Source: Lama glama (Eukaryota). Taken from it: 64,000 nucleotides of DNA. Both the position numbers and the translations under genes were made by a program. Shown here one piece after another: positions 1-12,729 of the stretch (its first letter is position 1; every line of letters starts with the position of its first letter). The stretch spans positions 50,656,001 through 50,720,000 of the forward strand of contig CM052816.1 of NCBI GenBank assembly GCA_028534125.1. Reading direction: 5' to 3'. The notes beneath the pieces were generated by a model. The model ran no database searches. It was not told the DNA's origin and saw nothing but the letters and a program-made list of their open reading frames with translations.

Positions 1-356
1 AAGCATCTCATTTTTTCCTTTGCTCAGCTTGAGATCGGTTCCTGAATTACAATCCCTGGCAGGAGAGCTGAGGCAGGAAAATATTAAGTTGCTGGTACGT
101 GGAAACTCCTTTCTTCATCCTGAGATTCCACTAACGTCTCTCTGGCCCTTTCCTGGCACTTTTTATCATAAGTATTTTGGTGTTATTTGAAAAAAAAAGG
201 CAGGGTGGGGGGGATAACTAGCTGAAACAGAGCTTCTGGTGTTTTCTCCTTCACAGTATAAAAATAATGAAGTAAAGGAGAATGTACTATACAGGTCATT
301 AAGCCAACACAGCACACTGGTGACCTGATGGATGGAAGAGATTAGAAACTGTCTTT

Positions 357-1000
357 CTCCTTCATTCCAGTGTTTACAGGGCACCTACGATGTGCTATTC
401 GGTATGCTCGGAATTGGTATATAACAACCAGAGCAAAGCCCCTACTTTTAAGGAGCCCACAGTCTACTGAGGAAGACAGAAGAATGAAGTCACTGATTTC
501 AGTGTTCGGTGATACACACTGGGACAGGATGTAGTTTAGGTGAGTGTATGAACGTACTGTAGGGGTGAATAGCAGCTCATCTATGCGGTGCAGAGCGTAG
601 GGGAGGCCCAGGAGATGATCTTTGAGTGGGGCCCTAAAAACAAAGACAGACGTTCCAGAAGGACAAGGTGAGAAAGGACCACCCAGGCAGAGGAAATAGA
701 ATCTTTATATGGGGAGGCATGAGGGAGCCATGTGTGCTCCAAACATAAGGTCCTTATACCTGGAGTTTGGGGTGAAGGGAGAAGGGGGTAACAGTTCATA
801 AGACCAGAGGTTAGACAAACGGCATTGTCGACGCGAGAAAGACTTTGAACTTCCTCCTCTAGACTTCTTTTCCTAACACATGTGAGTTTCTTACACATTT
901 GCACACTGGATTTCTGGTGGACAGGAGAGATGTGAACTTGCATCCATATTTACGGCAGATCTTTTTTGATAACAGTTTGAGTCAAACTGTATCCTGCCTC
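357..1000 (-). mobile_element. L2 LINE 3' fragment, ancient
   Basis: Begins ttcattccagtgtttacagggcacctacgatgtgc, the reverse complement of the L2 3' tail, and continues in purine-rich antisense L2-like sequence. Confidence 0.7.
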
Positions 1001-1434
1001 AATTATATGAAGAAGGAAAAGTTCCCTCATGTTCCACAGACATGAGCTTTCCTTGGTCCGATATGACATTTCTCTAGGCTACTTAGCAACCTGCACCCCT
1101 GCTCCATACCTCACAGTCACATCAATTCAGTGTTCTGTGTGGTAATGTCGCCGTCACAGTATTATCCCTGGCTAACCAATAATGCAAAACCTGTGCACGT
1201 AGCCTCCAGTTCAGCAACACATATGTGAACATGACCAGTTGGGAAAATGATTGAGAATTATTCCTAAGACTCCACTGAAATTAAGCGGGAGTGTGACAAG
1301 AACACATTTGTGCTTTAGGAACTTATTTCTTGAAGAGGGATCATTCAGATACATTGTGGTCAGAGCTTTATCTAAGAGCTGAGGGTGGAAGGCAGTGTGT
1401 ATTCATAAATAAATCTGTATAAAATAATTTTAGA

Positions 1435-1700
1435 AGGCAGTATAGCACTAGGATGGAAAGCGTAGGCTCTGGAGTTATCAGCTTGGGTTTGAGACCCTAT
1501 TCCTGTAGTTACCGGTTGTATGATGTTATATGGCAAGTTATATAACACCTTTGTACCTCAGTTTCCTCGGCTGTAAAGTGAGGATTCTCATGGCACTTGA
1601 TTCTTAGAGTTGTTGTGAGGGATACATGAAGTAATATATATAAAGCAGTTAGAATAGTACCCAGCACAACATAAGTGCTCAATAAGTATTAGTATTATTA
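1435..1700 (+). mobile_element. MIR SINE, near full length
   Basis: Head aggcagtatagcac...ggctctggag, core cctcagtttcctcggctgtaaagtgagg, tail gtgctcaataagtattagtattatta. Confidence 0.9.
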
Positions 1701-1714
1701 TACTGGAAAGTACC

Positions 1715-2070
1715 ATTTTTACCAGGAGAAAATTGATAGGATATAGGAAATGATAAGATAAAGGGAAATGACAAAGGAACACTTAGATTGTTGATCGACT
1801 GCATGATAAAGGAGGAAAGAATCTAGAAGGGGGTGAGATTTGGGGAAAGTCATGAAAGAAGAAAGAATTTCAGTGTCTCAGGCATTAAGTTTGAGGAAGC
1901 TGTGATATATTTATTTATTGAGATGACAAGTAGCCAGTTGGATATATATGAGTTTGGGGTTCATATGAAAGACTGGGCTAAAAATATAGATTTGGGGAAC
2001 CATCAACCTGTAGGTGAAAGTTGGGGCCCTAGGGGTCGAGATTGCCAAGGAGAGAGGAAAAGAGAGCAAT
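1715..2070 (-). mobile_element. L2 fragment, probably continuing the upstream L2
   Basis: Antisense L2-like text: ttaagtttgagg...gtagccagttggatatatatgagtttggggttca...atagatttggggaaccatcaac. Confidence 0.6.
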
Positions 2071-4490
2071 TTATCTCTAAGACAATTACTGACCATATTC
2101 AGATAATTTTCTCTTTTTGACCCTTTAAAATTAATCCTGTTTTATTCTTCTGATAATGCCAGTAATACATGTTTTCTGTACAAAGTTCTGAGCATTTTCT
2201 TAATGTTCCTTTTTTTAGAAAAAAAATTTTTATATGATTTTTCACCAGCAGCCTTTGCTCTGAGAAGGAAATGTTCTTGAGTCATCCCTCACTGGGGCTT
2301 CGAACACAAGACAAATGTCAAATACCTCCCACTCTGTTGTCATCAGGGAAGGCCAAACAAAAGTAATCAGCCTGAATCCACCCCTCATTAGATGAGAGCC
2401 CAGCTGTGTTCCTGTCCAGACAGGGAGCTGGGGGCCAAGCAGCAGGGGGATGCGCCGCTTACGCGGTGATGGAGGGAGAATACTGGGGCCCTTTGTGCTG
2501 CTGACACTTTGGCAGGGCAGGCTGGTATTAGAGGAGAAAGCCTATGATTACTTCAAGCACAGACATTTTCCCTTCAGTGGTCTTGCTGTTCAGCCTGGAA
2601 GTGAAGCTGCTAAGTGACCACCGTGGCACCGTCAGGGGTCCACCTCCAGCCACCCTGTCTCAGCGGAAGCAGCCCAGTCCACGCGGGGAGGAGGGCTGCT
2701 TCACGTCTCCCTGCCACCTAGGAGCACTGAGGACTGGGATCAGTGGCCACTTCAGAGGGAAGATGATTCCGAAAGGCTTTCCACAGTGATCCGGTGCCCA
2801 GGTCCCTCGGTGTCTGCCTTTCTCAGCCCCTGTTTGGATCTGGAAGGAGTCCAGGGGGTAGAAACCAACGACAAAGCTGAGCCACCCACCCCACACCAGT
2901 AAGAGAAGTTGAGCTCCAATTCACTCATCCAGGATTCTGCAATCACAACATCTAGAAGGAAGCTGTCCTAATTTTAGTATTCCTGCAAGTTATGTTTCAC
3001 TCTTTAGGAATTATTCTAAATTGCCAGCGGGGAGGACCTCATAATATTTTCAATGCTGAGAGCCTCTAAAGATACTCATTTGACCCTGAGCAAATCATCA
3101 GTGTTAGTACTCTGGGTGGTATGTGGGGAGTTGGAAATATCTATTCCTCACTTACTGCTAAAACTATGTCCATTTCTTTGCATGGAGGAGAAGGAAAAGA
3201 CCAACTATTCTCTTTTCAGATCCTTAGTTGCTTGCTTTTATACATCTGGTTGACCTCCTCTGCTGAGCCAGGGATACAGATCTATGACCTGCTTCTTTTG
3301 ACATTTTATCCCCTGCTGCCTGCCTTACATCCAGCATTAGATTTAGCCACTTATCTTCAGTAACTATTTTTCTGCTCCTCTGCTCTGCCATTGCTCACAG
3401 ACCTAACATTTCATGGACTTTTATACTGACAACTCCTTAATACCCTATGAAGTTATCCTGGATTCTTTTGAGTGTGCTTTGTCCAATTGTTATTAAAGTC
3501 TGCAGAAGTTACTGTTTATCACAAATCCTACCAGGCAGGGCCAACACATTGTGAACTCTCTTCTTGAACCTCCAGAAAATCTGCATGAGTGTGTAAAGTT
3601 AAAACAAAACAAAAAAGAAACATGGCCAATCTGAAAATGACTGCAAAACCCTGAAAGATTCTGGCTCTTGGCCAGAATTGATTGTATAGGAAACCTCAAA
3701 TTTCCCCACCCACTGTTTCTCCTTGCCTTTCCTGGGATTTCAGATTGCAGGACCGTTATACACCACCACACAGAGCTCATGGTAGGTTAGTTAGAGGAAG
3801 CTACTTAAATCCTGACAATTTCACTCTATACTTACCATCCTCAATCTTAGATCCTCCTCTTTCCATACATCCCCTTCTCCTTCCTAGTTCTCTATAGTGC
3901 CTCCCCCTCCTAACGCATTTCCCTTAGGGAGACCAAGAAGGAAAAAAAAAACCCCAAACACCAACCTCTAAAAAAGAGAGTTTTGGGTTTTCTTACTCAT
4001 CGACATTGAAGGGAAAAAAGAAACCAACAGGACACCTCCTCCATCCTTTTAAATCCTCCTCTGCTACAGGATTGGACTGATTTCCAACTCTGAAAATGCT
4101 TCAGAGAATACTCAGAAACTCTGTGAACATGAATAGGAGAATTCTGGTAGATTAAGAACAAATGTTAACAGTCAAGCCAATCCAAGATTGTTCTGCTCTC
4201 TTTCTCCAGGGGTATTTCAGTCAAACTGCCTTTAAAAGACACAATTAGATGTGTAACATTGCTGACCCTTGAGCTTTGGGATTTGGGCTGTTTTAAAGGA
4301 GAGGGAGCAGTATTAAGGCTTGTAAAGTCACTTTCCAGAATTAGCTGCTTCTTTAACCAGAAAGGGGTGCCTCCTGCAGCTAACATGGGAAAACTAATCT
4401 TGGGAAAGCAAACACCTTGGAAAGAAAAGCTTTAATGCCTGTAATTAATTATGTTGTTTGTTGTAATCTAAGCAGGAGCCGGCTGAATAC

Positions 4491-4527
4491 TGTGTGTTTG
4501 TGTGTGTGAGTGTGTGTGTGTGTGTGT

Positions 4528-4562
<35 letters not shown>
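4491..4562. repeat. (TG)n microsatellite, about 36 units with a few interruptions
   Basis: Seen directly. Confidence 0.98.
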
Positions 4563-4564
<2 letters not shown>

Positions 4565-5033
4565 AAGGACTGGGTAGAATGTAGCCCTCTCCTTTTTTAA
4601 GAGGAGTTAAAATGAATTATAGGAAGACTTGTTTCACTCCCAGAAAAGATCAATTTGGGAAACATTTCTTTTGACACATTGCTCATAATTAAAGTAATTT
4701 CTCATTTTCACTATTTTCTTTAAGTAAAAGCTTGTGACTTTATTTAACCTTCCATCAATTAACTCTCTCAAAAGAAAATAACCTTGGGCCCCATAAACAC
4801 ACACACTTAATCCTTTATTGACAGAGAAAAGAGAAGCAATGGCTGTCCCTCAACTGCTGGGACCCAGGATTATTGCAGCTCCAAAGTCAGTTGCCCTGTG
4901 TGCACCAACCTCCAGTTTCCTGCTCTTACTGACAGGGGTTTTGACTTTGAAATGCCCTTCCACGTTTCACCCATGCACAAAGCCATATAAATCTATTAAA
5001 ACCATGCTGTTAGAAATGTTTACCCCAGAACAG

Positions 5034-5230
5034 TCTTCATTCAACAAATATGTCTTGATCTCCTTTGTGCTAGGCACTGAGGACACAGTGGTGAGCAAAA
5101 TAAACATGACTGCTTTCTTCACGGGGCTTATAAACTGGTGGGGAGGAGAGAAATTAACCAAATAACCAAAATAATTGCAAACAGTAAAAAAGATGACAAA
5201 GAAGAATACCAAGTGCTATGACAGTGCCTC
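5034..5230 (-). mobile_element. L2 3' end
   Basis: ttcattcaacaaatatg...tgtgctaggcactgaggacacagtggtgagcaaaa matches the antisense L2 tail. Confidence 0.75.
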
Positions 5231-5509
5231 ATTAAGGGACCTCATTTATCTATGTATCTATCTATCTATCCATCTATCTAACTCACTATATATTTACAGG
5301 GCAAGGGGGTGTTGGGGGGAATTTGTCAGATCAGAAAAGTCCTTTCTCACACACCCACACTCAAGGAGAGAAGATTTTCCCGCAAACAACATGGTCTAGA
5401 GGGCCATCCATTCTGATACATATTGTTCTTTCTCATTTATTTTTAGCTGCTATATTGAATCCCATTGTATGAACATAATAGTCTTCCTTTGGATCTTAGT
5501 TCAAATCAG

Positions 5510-5866
5510 AGACTTTCCTGGTGGTCTTGAAAACACAAACTGTGGCTGTGGAGAGGCCATGTGTCAGGCCAAGTGCAGGTGGTCTCTGAAAGCCGAGAGC
5601 AATCCCCAACCATAGCCAGCAAGAAAACAGGGCCTACAACCTCAGGGAACTCTGCCAATAACTGAGTGAGGTTGGGAGAGGACCCTGAGCCTCAGATGAG
5701 TTCACAGTCCCAAGTGACTCTTGCTTTCAGCCTTGTAAGGCCCTGAACAGGGAATCTGGTCCCATTATGCCCGAACTCCTGACCCACAGAAACCTGGATG
5801 ATAACGTCGTGTTGTATTAAGCCTTCAAATTTGTGGCGATTTGTTACCTAGTGATGGAAAACAAGT
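5510..5866 (+). mobile_element. MaLR LTR (MLT1 family)
   Basis: tgtggagaggccatgtg...cagccttgtaaggccctgaacag...ctcctgacccacagaaac...aatttgtggcgatttgttac, a typical MLT1 3' half. Confidence 0.85.
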
Positions 5867-6189
5867 GAAACTCCTGATGTAAATGTTAGGCAGATGCACA
5901 GGCTCACAGGATGAGGGGCAGGAAGGGGCATGGAGGCCACTTGGGCCAACTCCCTTGCCTTGTAGAGGGAGACGGCGAAGTCTGTGAATTGCCCAGGAAT
6001 GCGCATCTAGTTAGAGACACAGGGTCACTAGAGTCCAGGAAGAAGACTGAGGAACAGAGTAACACATGAGAAGATCCCGTAGAGGGGCAGGAAAGAAGAA
6101 TAAGGTAGTGGTTCTAGATTATTCTACATCAGTGTCCAAGTTAAAAATAAAAAGACCTAAATGAAGTGATAAAGTATATCTGGTTGGCA

Positions 6190-6342
6190 GCACCATGTCA
6201 CCACTTAGTTGTGGTATGGTCTTAGATAATTTGTTTCACCTTTGTAAGTTTCAGTTTCTTCATCTCTAAAATAAAGCTAACTAGTGTACTTATCTCATAA
6301 TTATTATGAAGTTTAAATGACATAATGAATATACAGAGCTCA
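6190..6342 (+). mobile_element. MIR fragment
   Basis: Core tcagtttcttcatctctaaaataaag. Confidence 0.7.
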
Positions 6343-6351
6343 TATTGTAAT

Positions 6352-6534
6352 TCAAGTCCAAAGGCTTTCAACTGCTTGGATGTGGCCCACCCACATTACT
6401 GAAGGCAATCTGCTTTACACTGATTTAAATGTTAATCTCATCCAAAAACACTTTCATAGAAACATCTAGAATAATGTTTGGCCAAATGTATGGCACCATG
6501 GGCCAGTCAAATTGACACACAAAACTGACTATCA
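6352..6534 (-). mobile_element. MLT2 (ERV-L) LTR 5' part
   Basis: Reverse complement reads TGATAGTCAGTTTTGTGTGTCAATTTGACTGGCCC, like the MLT2 start; also ggcccacccacattactgaaggcaatctgcttta. Confidence 0.85.
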
Positions 6535-6769
6535 AACCTACTCTGTAGGCCCATGCCAACTATGTTTTGACCTTGTCAAGATGTCCATTGACTGACCACT
6601 TTCAAGCTCTTGTCATCCCCTTTCTTCCATTCTTCTCTCCCAGCTCAGATAAATCTCTCACTGTGAAAACCCTGAACTCTTTTACTGCTTTCACTCTTTA
6701 AGCTCCAGAATCTACCTACTTGGTACTAGATCAATATAGTCTATTGACTTTCCATCAGCAAAACTGAAT

Positions 6770-7100
6770 GCAAGAAAATAGTGAAATGATTTCTTTGAAA
6801 TTTCTGTGGGAAAATAATTTTGAACTAAGAATACAAACTAATATTAAGACCTGTAAGGATTTATGAAGTTCACCACCCACAGACTTTCTCAGAAAGAACT
6901 CCTAGAGGATAGGTTAGAGCAAAATTTAAAAAAGAGTATAAGAAAAAGCTATGAATTAAAAAAATAATAATTGAACAAGGAAAACTTTTATGTAAAATGT
7001 GTAGTTACGTTTAAATAGTATTTGATTACTTTAAAATAGAATAATTGGCAATTAACATTTCAGATATTCTCAAGAAAGAACTGAAAAGAAGGAAGGAAAT
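6770..7100 (+). mobile_element. Old L1M/HAL1 ORF1-end remnant
   Basis: A-rich; gaaaataattttgaactaagaata...caccacccacagactttctcagaaagaactcctagaggat resembles the ORF1 C-terminal coding region. Confidence 0.55.
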
Positions 7101-9325
7101 ATGGTGGGCTTTGTGTGTGTGGAGAGACAAGACTTGCTAACTCATTCTAGCTGTTGTTCAACAAAAATGCCTCTAAGTACTATTCTTTTACTCTAAAGAT
7201 TCCATGGAAACAGAGTATTTAAAGTAGAGAAATTGATAATAATTATGTTTAGATAATTCAAGCCAAAACAAAACCAAAAATCTTTACATGCATTTTCTGA
7301 ATCCCTCAAATAAAAGGCAATTTGGGAATCTCTTTGTTTCCATTATCGCCATAGAATTTCCTCAGTTTCCCATATCATTTGACAAAGGCAAAGACTTTAC
7401 ATTTGAAGCATATTTATAACAAGTTGCCGTGACCCTGGTTCAAATTTAACTTTACCCTCTGGCCCACACTGCTTTGCATTTCAATCTTCACCCACCACAC
7501 CCTTACCAATTTGATTTCAAATTATTTTTAATTGAGACTGAACACTATACAAATTTGGGGTGTTGCAAATATAATTTACGGGGACCAGCTGGAGAGCCAA
7601 AACTTTGATCAGATTGTAAATGTTAATGGGAATACCTAGAAATAAATGATTGATAGCCTCATTTACCCGTCTCACTGATGGTTTTTCACAGAATTACCTC
7701 TGCTTCTTGAAGTTCTGATACTGTCATCCATCATTTCCAGAAAAGAAGACTGTGTTAAATAGCACTTACTTTCACTGAACGGCATGTTTTCTGTAATTTC
7801 TATTATTAATTATAATAACTCAATTTCTGATCTCCCTATTACATTAGTAGTTTTATCAACTATTTATTGATGTTCTTATAATAATATCTGAAAGCAATTT
7901 TTAAAGTTGTGTTTTAATTGTGCCAGGTTTTGTCATGAGGCTTATCATATAACAGTTAGAAAATGACTTAGAAAAATAATTGATCAGCTTAGCATCTCTC
8001 TTCATGTACAACTGTTTCTAAACCCTGTGAATCCAGAGATCAAGGGTTGCAATCGCTCTGGATGGTTATGAAGGGCAGCACTTTAGTGAATATCCAGCCA
8101 TTTTACAAGTCCTGCCTCTGACTTCATAACTGATTCTGAAATGAGTCGTGGGAACATTTTGGCTTGGGGCAGGACAGGGGAGAAGAGAGAGACAATCCTT
8201 ATTCCTTCACCTCCGCCTCGTCCCTGTGTTCATGCCCTTGTTTCTGCTTAGAACTTACTCTTTGTGACAGCTGCTCACTCTTGCATCTCGAAGACTGAAG
8301 CTAAAGGATTCCATTGGGCATCCCAGAATAGATCATTATTTGCCTTTATGTCCTATAAGAAATTCCCTTTCAACAAACTATCTCTTGCTGAAGATCAGGC
8401 TATTGTAGATGGTAGTGTAAAAACATTCCATTAGGAGTCAAAATCCTAAGTATTACTCCCAAATGTTTTATTGCTAATCTAATTCCTGAGCTACCTTTTT
8501 AAAGCCTAAACAGGCAACAGAAATTTTTAATGCTACACACATGATTTATGGATACTAGAAGGAGACAGCCCAAACTCCCCCATCCTCGAGTTTTTTAATA
8601 TTAATGAAAAAGGCTAGAATTAAATCATTTATCTGACACCACTTGGTTCACTCTCCGAGGCCTAATTGCCTCATCAGTTCCTCTTCTCAGCCTCCCCTGC
8701 TGTGGTGCTTTTAGCTGTCTGTGTGGGGCAGCCTGTTTCTACTCCTGGATGCAGAAAACTCAATCATAGGGCCAGCAAGGGCCCTATGATTTTTTCTTTC
8801 ATTAGCTGTACTGTAATTTAAAGTATTGTAAAATAAGAAAAAGTAAAATCATGTTCTGTTATAATTAAAAGAAAAAACCAAAATCGAATGGAAATATTTT
8901 GATGATGTGTATTTTGTGTTACTGTACTTACATTGCATCTCTCTAATGCTGGCCATTAGTATCCAGGAAAAAATGAGGAAATTGTTGTTGTCATTACTTA
9001 TGAGGTAAAAAATTCAACTCAGGATCACAAACATGGTTACTAGGTTAGATCATCATTTTTTGATTAATCTATCTCACCAACCAGACTTGAAGCCCCTGGA
9101 TGGCAGGACCATCCCAGCATGTACATCAACCACAGTTTGAGGGCTGATGACATTTGAACCAACACAGAAGATTCTGAAAACATAGAAAATATTATATAGC
9201 AAATAATAAAAGGCAAGAAGTGAAAAGCTTTTTTAATTAAAATAAACTCAAATGGTGGGTAGAAATTAAGATGACATTTTTTCTAAGTTTCGGTGAGATG
9301 AATATAATAATCAGTGGGACCTCTC

Positions 9326-9438
9326 TTTTTTTAAATATGGAATGTTTCAAAAATTTGCACATTATCCTTGCACAGTGGTCATGCTAATCTTCTTTGCATC
9401 ATTCCAATTTTAGTAATATGTGCTGCCAAAGAGAGCAC
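9326..9438 (-). pseudogene. U6 snRNA retropseudogene, full length, with short A tail
   Basis: Reverse complement of 9333-9438 aligns end to end with U6 (GTGCTCtCTTtGGCAGCACATAT...AAGATTAGCATG...CCATATTT); manual count 16 substitutions plus 1 insertion; T7 tract 9326-9332; flanking repeats agtgggacct (9313-9322) and agtaggacct (9439-9448). Confidence 0.95.
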
Positions 9439-11129
9439 AGTAGGACCTTTAGTTCAACTCAGTGCCGGGTAGAATGGGCCATCAGCACACACATGTATAA
9501 TGGATGAAGATGGTTGATTCACTGATATTCACTTGGCTTAAGGCTTACTATATTCTCATCACCCCATAAAATATAAGTGAACTAGCCAAGTTTTCTTCAC
9601 TTGATTTTAGTTTTATTTTTGGTCACACTGTATTATATATTATTATATTACTATTATTATATTATAGGTGAACTGATCCTATTTTTTAAAAAATGAAATC
9701 TGAATCACAAGATAAATAATGGAATGAAATGACCTGTGCCCGTGTCCAAGCTCCATTGAAGGAGGAGGGTGAAGGGTTCACGGGCAGAAACAGTGCTGGC
9801 TCACAGCAGACGTCTTCCAGGGACTCCTTCCTTTTCCCTTTACCTCCTCTATTTCCTCCTCCCTCCTGTGTGGCTAGCCTAGTGATTGAGGACATTTCTA
9901 TGTACAAAAAAAAGCTAATCATTTGGGATCAAAGTATCTTTAAAACTGCAAAGTGAGCAGATCTGAGGTTTGCTAAATCAGCCCACAGGTCAGGCATTAA
10001 ATATTGGCCACAAATTCACAGCCAGGTGAGAAAAGCAGGCTAGCAGGGACAATTTAGGGGAAAGAAAGCCAAGGGCTTTTGCTTTAACCAGTAGAGGGAT
10101 AGAGTGAGTGGTGAATAGATTTGAAGCAACCCTTGTCTGGAATTGTGGAAGTGGGCAAGACAGTCATGTTTGGGGGAAATTTCACACGGCATCTGGCCAT
10201 GGTTATTTTGGGTGCAATTGCACTAGGCTTTTCAATCAGAATGAGTAACCTTCCTGCAGAATTTAGTATCCGTAAAGCAATCATAACTGCTTGTCTGGCA
10301 GATATACATTAGAGGAAGATGGGCCAACCTTCTTAAGTATCTAACAAAGACTTCTGTCACATTTACTTCCCTCACGGTTTGAATTTGCAGGTTTCTACTT
10401 GCCTACATTTACAGTAACACAGTGAAAAATAGCTCACATTCTTCAAAAATGAATAATGTAGCCTGAATGTTAATACTGACTATTTGAATCCTTATATTCA
10501 ACCATACAGCTCCCCTTGGTGATCTTCCCTCCGAGTGAAATAGTTGACAGCAAATCAAGTCTTCCAGTTTCAACATGTTTACCTGTTCACGTTTGTCTTT
10601 GAGTCTGCAATTTGTCCTGACACAGCGAACAAACAGACAGAAGTTCAGAGAATAAGAGATATTCTTGGGAAAAGACAACTATGAAAACTCCTGTTTATTT
10701 GAAAAGGGCAGGTTGAGGTTGGGGATCTTCTGTGTTTGGGAGAGACACGTCAATCCAGTATGCAGAAGAAACATGATTCTACTGAACTAGTATTTCACAA
10801 AGCGAAAGAAAATATTGTCATTTCAAAGTTTAGCATTGTGATAATTAGAAGTTCTTTACCTGAATAAATGACTTTTTCTTAAAGAAATAGAATTACCCTC
10901 ATAACATCTTCCATATCTTTTTGGTTCATTTACATGTATAATGTGAAGAATTACCATCTATTTAACTCTAGTGGGACTCAGGTACTTTGGAGACCTTTAC
11001 GTACTGATTTTCTCTGCTCTATTTCCTCTTAAAGTGTTTATCAGAAGACACTGGCTTGTTAATTAATCTGCTGCTTTCTCCTCTATGCCTTAGAGTGAGA
11101 TTCTCGAAGGAAGGTCCAAGTACCTCCTG

Positions 11130-11282
11130 AATTTGAATAACCTCCACAATTTATTCAATGCAGATTCCCAGGCCTTCATCCACATCCACTGAATCAGATT
11201 TTCTGAGCTTGAGGCCCAGAATTTGGTATTTTTAATAAACTCATCAGGTGATGCATACTAGAATTTCAAAATTCTTTCATAG
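11130..11282. mobile_element. MER5-type hAT-Charlie MITE
   Basis: aatgcagattcccaggcc...ctgaatcaga...ggcccagaatttggtatttttaataaactc...caggtgat. Confidence 0.75.
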
Positions 11283-12729
11283 TGGGAAAATTTATCCTGC
11301 AGGGAATGACAGCTTTAATGTACAGGTGGGGCACAGGCAGAGGTTTTTAGCCAAGAGAATACACTCATGCTTTAAGAAGAAGTTTTATAAACTTACACAT
11401 TAAAAATGCACATTTCCAATAGTATTTGGGGGGCACTTATCATAATGATAGTTTACCGGCAGAATTAACCAAACTGGTATCTGCTTAACATATGAATACA
11501 TACTTTTCCTTATGGGAAGTTTAGAAGTGACCTCACCTTACTTCATTGCATGAGCGCCCAGCGATCTGCATTCTTGTAAATGTGTGTCACAGGAGGCTTT
11601 TCTGTCCTATCAGACCATGGAAAAGCCGGTATCAGGAACATCCTGATCCTACAACTGTTACACACACAGTTACTTGTATGTGACAACTAACAGACCTTGA
11701 CGATAACACTTCAGTTGCTTGATACGGCACTCTCTAAACTTTACTTAATGACTTAATATATTATCAAGTAAGTCCTTCAAAAATGTCTGCCAAAGCAGGG
11801 AGTCTGAAATAGGTCACCGAGAGACAGATAGCAGCTCTGAGATGGACTACAACGTGCCTCTTCTTACTTAATGTGCTTACAGCAAGAGCAGTCATTCCAG
11901 CCCCAGCTGCATGTGATAATCACTCACAGAGCGTCCAAAAAGACACGCGTAACTAAGCTTCACCCCAGAATGTCTGATCTAATTAAACTGTGATAGAAGA
12001 ACGAGCAAAACTGGAAAGGAATATCTGCAGTCCTGGAAAGCTAAAGAGAGGTACATTGTAAGAAAAAAGGGTTGACCAAAAATGTCTAATAGCCAAACCA
12101 CAACATTTAGCATGTTCTGTTAGTGAAAGATTGCAGGGTCTGAACATTAAAAATATAAACTCCCAACAGTTAAGAGAATGGGATGGGAGCCATGATCAGA
12201 ATGGAGAGCTCAACAGTTCCTGGAAGTACAAGGATGACTGGGTTTTGCTGACGTGGACAAGATGAAGCCAAAGCCTGAGAGGGAGGGGAGGGCTGCGGGA
12301 AGACGGAAATGCATCAGCTCCACACAGCACTGGGGAGATGTGGCTCTAAGAGTCGCAGGGACCGTGGAGAGTAGGAGTGAAGCAAGGGGCACAGAATAGG
12401 GGGTTAACTGAGGTATTAAATAGAGACTACCCTGCCACTGCCTTCCCTTCCCCTGCACATAGTGCTCCTGCAAGCCAGGCATGCACCCCTTTAACAAACA
12501 AATGTAAAAAGGAGAAGATCTTTTCTCATGGTTTTGAATGAATAGTCTAAACACAACCAAGACAGCCAGGAAGGGCACTGGAGCAAATGCTGCTGTTCCA
12601 TCATTTTCAAGTCCCCTGGTGTGAGAGCTGGCTCCCTGAACACTCACCCTAAAGTGCAGCTGGCCAGTTGACTCACCCCCCAGAGAGCTCAAAGATTGAC
12701 TCTTTTGTGGCCTTGTGCTTAAGTATAAA

